A DNA stretch of 64,000 nt from Neophaeotheca triangularis (GCA_054600435.1 BAAIJX010000002.1:434001-498000); one strand, 5' to 3'; shown: positions 12,656 to 24,477, counted from the first letter of the stretch. Translations and numbers: made by a program. The notes: generated by a model from the sequence alone, not told the origin.

Positions 12656-13740
12656 TTAGACACTCTCAGCGGCACGAGCCTCGCTGTTGTCAACCTTCTG
12701 CCTCTTCTCACGGCCCTTCTCGCTCCAGGGGAAGTGTGCAACGGGGATGAGGAAGAAGGAGTTGCTGGAATCGGCGATACCGGCGAGGGCATTGTACCAA
12801 GCCTGTTGCATTGTTAGCGGGCTGATCGGGAGAGAGCGAGGCTGGAGGTGGGAGGGGCTTACAGTGAATGCTGCTAGGATGCCGAAAGCACCGCCAGCCT
12901 GGATGAGACCTTCGTGCGGAGAGCCGTTGGAGTTGAGCAGGTAGCCGATGCCGAGCATCAGGAATGCCATGTCCAGGGTGAAGAAGAGGAGGAAGAAGGC
13001 AACGGTTGATCGCAGCGTGCACAGCAAGAGGAGGAAAGTGAAAATGAACCAGCCCTAGATGCGCGTTAGCCGAGCTCGCTATAGTTTCTTTTATGTTGTG
13101 GAAGCTGATGGATGCATACCATGAGGAAAAGGCCGAAAGAGTCGAGGAAGGGGATTTCAGAACCATCGACAGTCAAGTGTTCTTCGATCTCAAAGCCGCC
13201 AGGGGTCAAGATGATACCGACAGCGATCCAGAAACCACCGTAAGAAGAGAGTGCGGTTGCACCGAAAGTGTTGCCCACGGCCATTTCCCTGTGCGCCGTG
13301 CTGTTTAGCTTCGATTTCTTTTTGCGCGAAGATGCTTTTGTTTCTACTCACCACATGCCCGCGAGCAACTGCACGAGTCCACCATATCCGAGCGCCGGGC
13401 CAATAACCAAGCTGGGCCCAGTGATGCCTCGGGTTCCCAAGTTGATGAGGGAGAGAACGAAAGTGGTCAAGGCGAAAGCGCTCAGGCCGAGAGGAGCCGG
13501 GTTTGCGAACTTGCGGTGGTCGACGGGCCTGTAGAGACCGGGCTGGAATTCACCACCGAAAGCTGGCAAGCGTGCAGACTCGCCCGTGTTGACGTGGGCC
13601 AGCGGGTTGCCGCCATAGTCGTAGGGCTTGCGCTGCCTGTAGCCGTTCACGGCATCGGCATGGTCGTAGGTCGAGGTGCCGTTGTTGACCTTCTCGTGCG
13701 CGTTGTTGTTGACCTCGTTCTGCTCTTGTGCGGTCGACAT
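12656..13740 (-). CDS. GPR1/FUN34/YaaH (AceTr) family acetate/carboxylate transporter, Ady2/AcpA-like (~298 aa)
   Basis: Exons 13740-13352, 13288-13120, 13054-12863, 12802-12656. Family signature KFANPAPLGL, plus GNTFGATALSSYGGFW and AWYNA. About six hydrophobic segments. Confidence 0.93.
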
Positions 13741-14562
13741 GATGGCTGATCAGATTGATGTCCGAGGGCCGAAAGCTGCTGTAATCGTAGGCCAGATGAT
13801 TGGACAGTACAGATGGCACGGGGTTCAGAAAGAAATGTTGGGCTTGAGAGGAACAGAAACACGACGGCAAGGCGGAGAGGGGGAAGAGGGGCGAGAGGGA
13901 GGGGACAGGGCATCCGAGGACTATTTGAATCGCATCATGATCATCGCCCGGAGAGCTTGAGCTTTTGCTCTTGTTGTGTGTGTGTGCTTGCTGTGTGTGG
14001 GGGGGGGGGGAGTGCTTCAGACCATGACAACCTAGTCTCCAGCACGGGGTTCGGTGGAGACGGCACCACGGACTAAGGGAAACAGAGATTGGCACCGACG
14101 GTCATCTATGTACCATCCGTCCATCACCACTCATCATCATCATCTTGATCGCCCTCCGAACAGACTGTTTTCCGTGAAGAAGCTATGGAATTCGTCTTTT
14201 CAGGCGTCTTTTTTTTTCTCTTTTGGCTACGCGTCATGCTGTCTATATAGCTGCCTTGCCTGCACAATGCGCCAGGGCCGCCGCCTTGGAAAAGTCTTGA
14301 TTTTGACGAGAGCAAAGATTCGCCAAGTGGAGTCCTTGGTCGCGCATATTGGTGGTGACGGCCCTACGGGAGGTTGGCTCGAGTGTGCATGGGGCCCCTC
14401 AGTAGTAGTACCTAGGTAGTGCCCCTTGCCCTTGGTCATTAATCATTAATCATTATTATTGGCGATGGGCGAAGGGAGCTTTCGGTACTTTGCGAAACCG
14501 GCATCGGACGAATAAGATGCCTTGCTAACGACGAGCCAACGTCGAGCCAGACTATCATTTCG

Positions 14563-14563
<1 letters not shown>

Positions 14564-14623
<60 letters not shown>
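14564..14623. repeat. (ATT)20 perfect microsatellite
   Basis: 60 nt of uninterrupted ATT, read directly. Confidence 0.95.
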
Positions 14624-14790
14624 GTTACTATGTTTTCGGAGTCGGAGAAAGAGTATGCTCGCTTGGCCGATGCTCAAGGCGAGCGGCTCGAGCTTGATGA
14701 AATGAGACGCTCTGCACCGCTCTGGGTGGACGTATGGGTGGCGCCGCTGTTGGCCTTAGACTAGGAGGTAGTACCTACCTAGCCCGTACA

Positions 14791-14810
14791 CATACATACA
14801 TACATACATA
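14791..14810. repeat. (CATA)5 microsatellite
   Basis: catacatacatacatacata, read directly. Confidence 0.85.
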
Positions 14811-15221
14811 GTACCTCTACATACATAGTCCCTACAGTAGGTAACCATTAAATTGCAGCGAGTCGATTGATACGAGTGACGACGACCTTTGCGAAGTGTG
14901 TACTGTACAGGTTGTGATCATTTGCCCACGCTTGCAATGGATACCTTACCTTAGGTAGGTGGTCGGTGGTCGGTTAACGATTAATAACAAGTGGGGGACT
15001 ATACCTTGTCGAAACCATCGTTCGGCACGCTCGACTGGAGCTCCGCAGCCGAATCCACATTTGGTGCGTTCAAGCCCGGTTGAGCATTTGTAATAACAAC
15101 ACATGTGACATGTGACATGTTGCAACAACCAACTTGCGCAGATCCATTACCATCCATCCATCATCCCCGGAGCCCTCCAGAGTTTGTTTGTCTACAGTCT
15201 GGCGCACGAGTGACCCGACTT

Positions 15222-15251
15222 CCGCTCTACCGCTCTACCGCTCTACCGCTC
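15222..15251. repeat. (CCGCTCTA)3.75 tandem repeat
   Basis: ccgctcta x3 plus ccgctc. Confidence 0.85.
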
Positions 15252-15989
15252 AACTTGCTACTGGCTATTGACTTTGTGAGCTGATTTGCGTTGTTGTCAT
15301 TATTATTATTGATCGCTCGTGGGCGCCATCGAGGCTCGAGTCTAGCGGATCACTCTGTCGGCTCTTGTACTAGGAGAGGTCCAAGTGTTGCAGAATGCTC
15401 CCAGGACTACCTATAGAGTAAGTACCTAATGAGTAATCAATCGCCTGACTTCGGAGTTACGAGATACCTTATGCCTTTAGGCTTCGGCCACAAATGGGAA
15501 ATGAAAGAAGCCCTTGTCGCGTTGCAATTCCTCAAAATAGTCCTGCCGCGCCATCTAATGACAGTAGGTAACGGTATTTCCGCATCCGCTATGGCAAAGT
15601 GATGGTATCGACTTCCCTTTCATATCATCACTCCGGCAGGTTACAGGTATCATCAACAAGACATATGCCAAACTTCTCGGGGAAGGGCTTGTAATGGAAA
15701 CGCATATTGAAAGCTTCACGCTGTCGAGCCGAGCCTTTCCTTCCTGGTTTTTCGCAATTTCCCTCGGGCCTCAGGCACTAGGCATGCCACGGCCACGCTA
15801 TCTAAGTGCCTTGTCGCTCTACTCGCTTGATAGGTGAGCACTCAGCAACAGGGTAAACTTGGTTTATGCAGGGTGGTGCCTTGGCAAGTTGTCGCGGTAT
15901 GCTGACCTCCCGCAGCGGACATGATAAATGATAATGGTACCCTTTTCGGTGCCTTCAGCGTGCTAGGTAAACTCATCCCCAATGCATCC

Positions 15990-16945
15990 TTAGTTGGACG
16001 TAATACCTCCGTCTGCCGTCCAGATGGCGCCGTTAACAATAGACGAAGCTGGCGAGCAGAGGTAGGTTACCAGCCCGGCGACTTTCTCCACTTCACAAAC
16101 GCTTTTCTTATGGGCCTCGTACGGGAACTTCTCATACATCTTCTCAATAGCTTCCAGTTCGTCAGTGTCTTCCGTTCGAACGTACAGGCTCCATGGCTTG
16201 CCTTACCTGGCATGTTCACGCCTTTCGAGAAAGCAGAGGTAATGTTGGTGTCCATGCCTCCGGCACAGATGGCATTACACCTTATGCCATTGCTCTGGTA
16301 GTAGGTGGCAGTGCTCTTGGTGAGACCGAGCAAGCCATGCTTCGACGCTGTGTAGGCAGTGCCTAGAGATACGAGTCAGCGAGCGAACAGGACGAAATAG
16401 CATAAATACCGACGAACCCGCGCAGAACCTAGAATACGAGTTAGCGGTTGAGTCGTACGGTGAGGCTAGGATCGAACAAACCCTTTGAAGCCAGCTATAC
16501 TGGAAATGTTCACAATGGCTCCGCCTGTGCTGTTCGAAGTCCAATGGTTAACAGCCCGCTTGGTGATCATGGTGGGCGCCGTCAAGTTCACAGCAATCAC
16601 CCGGTTCCAGAGTTCAAGATCCAGGTCCCCGGCAGGATCAAAGCGGTCCATGATCGCAGCATTGTTCACGACATAGTCGATTTGCTTGAACCTGTCGGCT
16701 GCCTCCTGGAACAGACTGTCCAGGTCTGTCTCGACCGTCACGTCCTTTTTGAGCACGAGAACGCGATCGCCATGGGCTGAAGCCACTTCGGAGTTGAATT
16801 TGCTGATCATATCATCGCTGATGTCGATGGCAACGACGTTGGTCCCCTGGCTGAGAAATGCTTCCGATATGGCTCTGCCCAGGCCGCCACAACCTCCGGT
16901 CACAAGGGCCGTCGCTGTTTTCCCCGAGTCGGTGTTGTTGGCCAT
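15990..16945 (-). CDS. Classical short-chain dehydrogenase/reductase (~263 aa)
   Basis: Exons 16945-16482, 16428-16418 (11 nt), 16362-16207, 16150-15990. Motifs TGGCGGLG, NNAA, ISSIAG, catalytic YTASK, C-terminal VNGAIWTADGG. Confidence 0.88.
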
Positions 16946-17658
16946 GATGAAGGGATATGTGGGAGGCTATGGGTGCAAAGAAGCAGCTCTGATTTGTATC
17001 TGAGCTAGGGACCAGCTGATATTATATAGATATCAGTACGCCCCAACATCAGGCCATTTCTTAGATGCGACGAATGCACGCGCAGCAGTGGGCACCGGGG
17101 GGAGCTTGTACCGAGCACCCACTTTTGTGCTGACCTCGCTTCCATATTTCTTACGACCGCGCTCATTTTGCTCGAGAACGGTGCTCGATGTGAGTAGCTC
17201 AACTCAGCTCACCTCAGCTCGCCTCAGCTCAGCATTGTTACTCGGACTTTCAGTTTCTGAACGCACTGGCAAGGCGAGATCAATAATTACCTTAGGTAGG
17301 TACCTTATTATTCACGCTTATTGTTGCCGTTCACTACTACCTCCCCACCGCTGTGGTTTGCATGTAAAATGCAAAACGCACGGCCCTGCATTGTTCTCCG
17401 CATCTCCTCATCTGGTTCGGTCCGAATGCGAGACACGACGACCTCGAACGACTTCTGTATCTAGCAACTTGAAGGTAATCGACCTTCGTGCCTATGTAGG
17501 CAATACCTGCGATTGTGTACAATCTGCCCAGGACAACCAGTATCAACCACAGCTTACGCTGAATACGTCGCCTTACACCCGAAAAGCTCCTCGAGTCAAA
17601 TATTGCCTGTGTCTGATAATTCGTGCTCTCAACGCGGTATCGGTGAACCATTGCCACT

Positions 17659-19290
17659 ATGACGGCTGGCGACATCTCGCGTCCACGGGAGCCTGCTCGA
17701 AATGAAGTAGCAAACACCTTCTTTGAGCATACTTCTGCGAAGCGGATCAACACCAATGCTGTGATGGTTGAGGCCATCAGAAAGGAATACCCACAGCTCG
17801 TGAGTCGGACTTGCGCCGCCGACCTTCAAGTCGTACACAGCTGACGGTCTATGGGGCCAAAAGCATCTCACTGTCGTGCCCCAAGGGAACTGCGATCTGG
17901 TAGCATACGCTTCAGCAGGGTACGCTGGTCTTGCGAAAATAGATGGCCCGAAGGAGAGACTGTCCGAAAAACGCTTCATTCCGCCCTATAACCGTAGCAT
18001 TGGGTCTGGTTTGCTTGCGGAGAAGGATAGCTTGGCGAAGTATCTCCTAGATTGGGAGAACAAGGAGTTTGTTGTCTACGTGGCCGACGGCCGTGACGAC
18101 ACCGAGCCGTTCCCCATTGTCAACCTCTACGTACTCTCTCCGAGCGTCGAAGCCACCAACCGTCTTTTACTCGCTGCTGGAAAGTGGAACAGCCAACTTC
18201 ACAATGAAGTGTGGGTGTTTGATCAGGGCTACTGGCAGAAGAGCGCAGGACTTTGGGAGTCCGTTCAACGGGCTCACTGGGCAGATGTCATTCTGGAGAA
18301 AAAGATGAAGGATGCTATCATCAACGATGTTGAGAATTTCTTTGACGCCAAGCAGACTTACGACAACTTGCACGTTGCGTGGAAGCGCGGAATCATTTAC
18401 CATGGCCCAGTGAGTAGCCTGATCCACATCGCTTCTACATGAACTAACCATACGGCAGCCTGGGAACGGTAAAACAATCAGTTTGAAGGTTGAAACCCCC
18501 AATAACATTTCATCTCTTGTAGAAGTGTCCTGACATCAATTCCCAGGCAATGATGCATTCCCTTTACGACAGGAAACCTGAACCCATACCAACGCTCTAC
18601 GTTCGAAGTCTTTCAAGCTTCGGCGGTCCCGAGTACAGTCTCAACCAAATCTTCAGCTTGGCCAGGCGTTTTGCGCCCTGTTTCCTCATCTTCGAGGATT
18701 TGGACTCCATCGTCACTGATAACGTCCGCTCCTACTTCTTGAACGAAGTTGACGGAATCAAACCGAACGATGGTATCCTGATGGTTGGCTCCACCAACCA
18801 TCTCGATCGATTGGATCCTGGAATCTCAAAGCGTCCTTCACGCTTCGATAGGAAGTATTACTTTCCCAATCCCAACGAATCCGAGCGTGTGCAGTACATG
18901 CACTACTGGCAGAAGAAGCTTTCGGACAATGAGGACCTCGAGTTTCCCGACAAGCTCTGTCCCGCGGTAGCTAAAATCACTGACGGCTTCTCGTTTGCTT
19001 ACATGCAGGAAGCCATGGTTGCGTCTCTGTTGGCTGTCGCTAGAGATGGTGATTATTCAGCCGAGAAGCTGTGTCTGGAGTGCATGGAGTGTCATTCACT
19101 TGGGCAAGGAGGCGTTCGCTGCGATCGAGATGTGCATAGGGCGTTCAAGGGGCTTTACGATTGGGTGTGGGAGGTGCGAAGGCTGGATGATGAAGACAGA
19201 GACTTGGATAGTTACGTGCTTTGGCGAGAGATCAAGAAGCAAGTCAGGATCTTGCGGGAGGAGATGGGAGGTGACAAGGATGAGCGTTGA
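17659..19290 (+). CDS. AAA+ ATPase (~486 aa)
   Basis: Exons 17659-17799, 17864-18409, 18459-18488, 18547-19290. Walker A GP|PGNGKT, Walker B LIFEDLD, SRH region STNHLDRLDPGISKRPSRFD. Confidence 0.87.
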
Positions 19291-19814
19291 TGGCTGCAAT
19301 TTGGATCGTAACTGTTTTGTAACTGCGTTTTGGGAGTTCGTTGATGAGAGCATCTCGCCGAGATCTGTAGACTGGGCGATGAGGCGAGCAAATCCATACG
19401 ACAAGATGAACCTTCACTCGATCGTTGCCTTCGCAAGCGAATACGCTAATCGAAAGAGACTAGAGTCCATGGCTTGAAGGTGAACTTCAACTGCACTGCA
19501 CTTTTCCGGGATCCCTATAGACATTGCTATCGATCTTTGCCCTCGTCCTTCTTGAAGATGTTATGTATTGTTGCGAGACTGCGCGGTATGTGGTTAGCAA
19601 ACTTTTCATAAATTCCAGTTTCGAACAGTGCGCTGCTTACCTGTAGCAAGTTGTCCCGCCTCTCTCTTCAAGCTTCGTGGACAGGGAAATTGGAGCCATT
19701 CTCGATAAGGAAGAATCTGTAGCGTCTTAGCGAGCTTCCCCTAACTGGTCTGGGATCGTGACTGACCTTGAGCCGTTGTCTGGTGGTCTGCATCAGCGAC
19801 TTGTCGTCTCAAAA

Positions 19815-20690
19815 CTAGTCGGCATCGTACCTCAAGTCCAGCACTTTTCGCTTTCTGCAGCCTTTTTCCCACCGAACAAGGTAGCGATCTTCGGGCTCAT
19901 GGTGCTCCTTCAAGCTAGCCACATCGCTATTAAACAGACTCAGCTCAGCAGTGAGAGTGGCAACACGCTGCTTTATCTCAGAGATGCGGGCATCTCTGGA
20001 GGTAATAAGGTCCCTCATTTCTTTTGTGCAGGCAGTGGGTACTGGCGGTCTAGCCAGCTTCTCTTCCTTCTTGTCGTGCTTGACCTCCTCACCCTCATAC
20101 GCACGCTTCGGATACGAGGGCAGAGCCTCCGTCTCCTGCTCAATCTGGCCCGACGATACTGCGTTTCGACGCGCCAACTACGCCAACGTCGCTCTTGGCC
20201 TCCACGTATCTCGCGCTTGGGATCACTCGAGGCCGGGAAACCGTTCGTCTCTTCCTTGTCCTTTTTCGCGCTGGCGGTCTCGCGGGTCTTCTCCGCGCCA
20301 TCCTGCCCTGGTGTTGTAGAATTTCGTTCACCTGCTCCGACAGCGTCGCCCCTGAGCTCTATTCCTTCACTTCAGACCCCCGTCCCGTATCTCTTGGACC
20401 TCCTCCCAAGAATCTGTGGACTCGTCTGACTCGTAGGTCTCGGCCGCGACCTCCATCTCGATGTTCTTGTATAGCAGGTACAAAAATCTTTGGAGCTCAA
20501 CGAGGCCCGTTTGCACGGCGGGCCTTCGTCACAAGCCAGAGACTCTTTGGTAAAAGGGGCTGAGATCGCCGGCGAGGTCGCGCCTTCAGGGCATGCCTGC
20601 CTAGCGTACTGGCTTGGAGCTCGCTCTCTTCTTCGGAGAGAGGCCGCTATTCTGGAAGGCTACGAACATGCTTCATAATGCGCATGGTAG
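19815..20690 (-). pseudogene. Possible decayed or lineage-specific coiled-coil gene
   Basis: 19815-20177 encodes a heptad-like stretch (EMRDLITSRDARISEIKQRVATLTAELSLFNSDVASLKE). Upstream, charged protein-like segments occur in different frames broken by stops, and I found no ATG-plus-splice model. Confidence 0.25.
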
Positions 20691-20931
20691 TTATATCTTG
20701 TGCGTCAGCAATAGGATCAAGGAGCTGGCGAGTGGAAGATGGCGAAGACGCTGCCTTGGGAGGATTTCTTTCTCGATTTGAAAAGACTTCTTGAAGAACT
20801 TGATACGAGATAGAGTGCAAACGAATAAGCATGAAGGATGAGCCGCATGTTCAGCCGGGTATCATCATATCTATGTTGATGGAAGCAGAGATCTACATCA
20901 TGGCGCAACCACCCTTCTCGCGCACTGCCCT

Positions 20932-22487
20932 TTAGCTCGCCGTCTTCTCGTCCGTCTTTGCGTGGTGGTGGTGAAAGTGGTGCTTCTTCTCCTTCTCTTT
21001 CTTGTCGTCCTTCTTCTCTTTCTTCGCATTTGCCTCGGCCATGAGTTGCTCAAAGACAAGGTAGTCGCCCTCTTCATCGGGGTCACGCATAGCCTGGCAG
21101 TAGTTAGTATTCTGTTTGATGCCCAACAATTTTAGCAAGCTAAACATACCTTGGCGAACATCTCTCCGATTATCACGAGCGCCTGTGCCCTCTCGAGCCT
21201 CTTGTCCATCTTAACCTTTTTATCGTTGAGGACCTTGTCGCAGACGTCTCGCAGAACACTCTGGATTTCGAACCTGCTCCCTCGCCATGCAGCAGCCAGA
21301 ATCTTGCCTGTGACCCTCTTCTCGTACTCGGCCTTCCTTTCGTCCGTCCACTCTTGGCCACCCTTCTCCTCCATACGAGCCATTTCCTCAATCTCCATCT
21401 GCGCTGAGATGGCGGTCGAGACAGTGCCCCATGTGTCCTTGATCATGGTTCCCTTGTCCTTTACACGCGAGAAGAATCCGGAAACACCACCAATGATTGG
21501 CTTCTGAGACTTGATGAAGGTCGTTGCCTTTTGAAGGTAGGTCTGCCCAATCGCGTGGAGGATCTCGATACCGAAGGACTCCATCTTCAAATTCTCGAGC
21601 TCGAGGCGCATCTTCTCCTTGAAAGCGTCCGTGACGTCCTTGCTCTTGTCCGTCTCGGTCCACACAGAGATGCGGTCTGTGAGCTTTCTCGCCAGGTTCT
21701 CTACACGCTCATCCCTCGCCTTTTGTCGCTCTTGTTCGAACGCCGCAAGCTCTTCCCGCTGCTCCTTGGTCAAGCCGCCCTTCTTCTTCTCCTTCTCCCT
21801 CAAGTTCTTCTCTTCCTCAGTCATGCCCGCTGCAGTTGCTGCTGCATCCTCCTCGGCACGATCGGTGATTGCGAGGCGAGTAGGCACGCCCTGTGGCCTT
21901 TCGGCTGTCGTGCCGGCGGTGGTGGCTGGTTGGGGCTGAGAGTCGCGAATGGGGATCTCCTGAGCCGCACCCGCAGTAGCAGCTTGGGCCTCTGGTGTTG
22001 TCTCTTCGGTAGCAGAAGCGTCGGGAGTGGGAGCTGTGGCAGTCTCCTCGGTCTTTTCCTTCTCAGCTTTGTCCTTTGCAGCTTGGGCCTCTGCAACTTC
22101 CGCCTCTGCAGCTTCTTGCTCTTCGGCGTCCTTCATGGAGATCTCCATACTCTTGGTCAGGTCCTTCATCATGCTGATCTCGCCGATCCAGTCTGTGAAG
22201 GCCTCACCACCAAAGATCATGGTGAAAAACTCAGACGGGTCTTCAAACCCAGAATCGGGCTTCGCGCCCTCTTTGCCGTGCTTGTCATACTGACTGCGGA
22301 GGCCTTTGTCGCTGAGAATCTGGTATGCTTCACCAACTTCTTGAAATTTTGCGCCAGCCTCAGGGTCGTCAGGGTTCTTGTCTGGGTGGAGTCTGATGGC
22401 CTGTTTCCTGTAGGCCTTCTTGATTTCGATCTCGGTCGCATCAGGCTTGACGCCCAGGAGGTCGTAATACTGGGTCTCGACGACCAT
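20932..22487 (-). CDS. J-domain (DnaJ) protein with DnaJ-X domain, Djp1/Caj1-like (~499 aa)
   Basis: Exons 22487-21150 and 21093-20932 (intron 21094-21149). MVVETQYYDLLGV, HPD motif, LKMESFGIEILHAIG, ILAAAWRGSRFEIQSVLRDVCD. Confidence 0.9.
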
Positions 22488-23058
22488 GGTTGCGTGGGAT
22501 TTTCCTGTTCTTCAGATGGCGTGAGAGATCTCGAGGGGCTCGCGGTGTATGTTTTGGTGCAAAGAGTTGGAAAAGTAAAAGAGCAACACAGCGCTTGACA
22601 ACGACACCGAGTTCTTTGTAAGAGGTCTTGGGCATGGGTTTTCCAAAATACTCACAGCCCAACAACTCCAGTCACCTGGGCGTGACGTCGGCCAGGGAGC
22701 CCCGTGCGGCTGATAGGGCTGAGCCTCACATGCCAAGCCATTCCCCTAACTTCACCACCACGAACCATTTGTTTGCTGCTTCAGCTTGAGCGATCCAAGA
22801 ACAAACGAAGAACGACAAGATAGGAATTGCTGAGATTTTGCTAGATGCTTTCCATTGCAGCATCATCGGCCGCATTGATGCTACCGACTTAGAGACAGAA
22901 GAAAAAAGAGCCTCCAGGGCCCCCTCACACAACTACTATTATCCCTGGATTTGATGAGTCCGAGCATGTCTCTCAGAGCAGAGCAGACCGCATGAGATAC
23001 TCGCAGACCGCTTGTACTATCCGTCTACTCCCTAGTTCGGATCCCGAGACTAGACATT

Positions 23059-24477
23059 CTAGCATACATCCAAAGCCGCATTGCCAGTGATCTCCCAGTT
23101 GATGTTGATACCGCATGGGCTTTCCCTCACGGTGTTGTCGTTGACTTCGGCAACAACTGTTACGCCGTCGGTATTGTGGAACTCACTACGTGCAGACACG
23201 CGGACCTCGCCGCCGCCTTGAATTTGAAATATCATGGTCAGCTTCGGACTTCAACGGCAATATTTGGTCAAAAGGGGACTTCAGGGGGACTTACCGTTGA
23301 TGATTCCTCCCCAGATGTTGAGGTTGTAGCAGTTTTCGATGAGGACTATGGCCATCGTTAGTGTACGCCCCATGGAATATCACTCAGCATGGGGATTTCA
23401 CTTACTGGCGTTGCCTCCATTGTCCGCAAGGTCAATCTCAAGGATCTCAGCGCCTCCGGATTCAGACACACAGAAGATACCGCGACCACCGCCTCGGGAG
23501 ACGACACGATCAATGGTGATGGAGGTAGGGTACGTGCCATCGGCCTGCCTACCATTGCGGTTGGCGAAACGCAGGGTCGCGTACCCTGTGCCAGTCGCTA
23601 CGTTCTCGCCATCAACGAGACCGACGTGAGCTACGCTCAACATTAGTTGTTTGTCGCAGACAACGAGGTACCATCAACGTACCGTCAATTGTGTTTTGGA
23701 TCAGAAGACCCGAATTGCCTACATCACGGGCAATAACTTCGCCGATTTCGAGGTCTACGACGTTCCACACCTCCACGCCGTGGCCGGGGCAAGTGACGGT
23801 GACACTGTCCATGGTAACGCCTGTGCTTCCGGCCTCGTCTCGTTCGAAGCGAATTCCGATACCGCCAGTCAAATCCAAGTTCTAGGACGTTGTTAGCAGA
23901 TTTTCCCTGCGTTTCTGCAGAGGTGGCAGTTACAATTTGTCCGAGATGAAGGTTGGTGACGCCGTAAAACCACAGACCGAAGTACGGGTCGCCTAAGGTT
24001 TTGTCAGCGGACATTGAACTTTTGCAAGAATAATATTGACCAACGTACCAGTCAGGCGAAGAGCAGGGATCGAAACGTCGCTCTGGCCGAGCACTTCGAT
24101 GGCACCGTGGCCGGCGCTGTTGCCGGCATCAATCACACCACATCCCTCGAAGGTTTTGCCAGAAGAGATGCTATATCAGTGAAGTCAGCAACGATGACAT
24201 CCCTTGAACTATCCAATAAAAAAATTTACCTGATGTGGCCCTCGCCAATAGAACCATCGGCGAGAACGGCAACGCGTTCGCCGGGAGCAATAGAGTCGAC
24301 AGCCGTCTGGATGGCTTCGAGGTAGTTCGAACCAGCGTACACCTCGCCACCGTTAACGACGGCCGTGAAAGAGTTCCCTGAGCCGTCAACGATGCCTTCG
24401 GCACCGGAACCACATTGGGCAAAAGCGGTCGAAGCCAGCCCAAGGCAAGCCGACGCAAGGGTAAGAAGACGAGTCAT
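23059..24477 (-). CDS. Secreted acidic protein with a probable pectin-lyase-like right-handed beta-helix (~353 aa, 7 exons)
   Basis: Exons 24477-24230, 24170-24049, 23992-23934, 23881-23683, 23630-23406, 23345-23295, 23216-23059 sum to 1062 nt in one frame. Signal peptide MTRLLTLASACLGLASTAFA. Gly-turn/beta-strand repeats (GHGVEVWNV, GNSGLLIQNT, GTGYATLRFAN, GGGRGIFCVSESGG, GGGEVRVSAR). Confidence 0.78.

Noticed and set aside
14522..14764. ORF with a poly-Ile 'TM helix'
   Set aside because: Translation of the (ATT)20 microsatellite; non-ATG start.
17088..17705. 205-aa ORF upstream of the AAA ATPase
   Set aside because: Non-ATG start, runs through a divergent promoter with (CTCAG)n and TAGGTA tracts, and has a non-protein-like composition.
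19081..19095. CxxCH read as cytochrome c
   Set aside because: Lies within an AAA ATPase with no cytochrome fold or targeting signal; kept only as a possible metal site.
21531..22598. 355-aa plus-strand ORF
   Set aside because: Antisense shadow of the codon-biased DnaJ gene, with no recognisable motifs.
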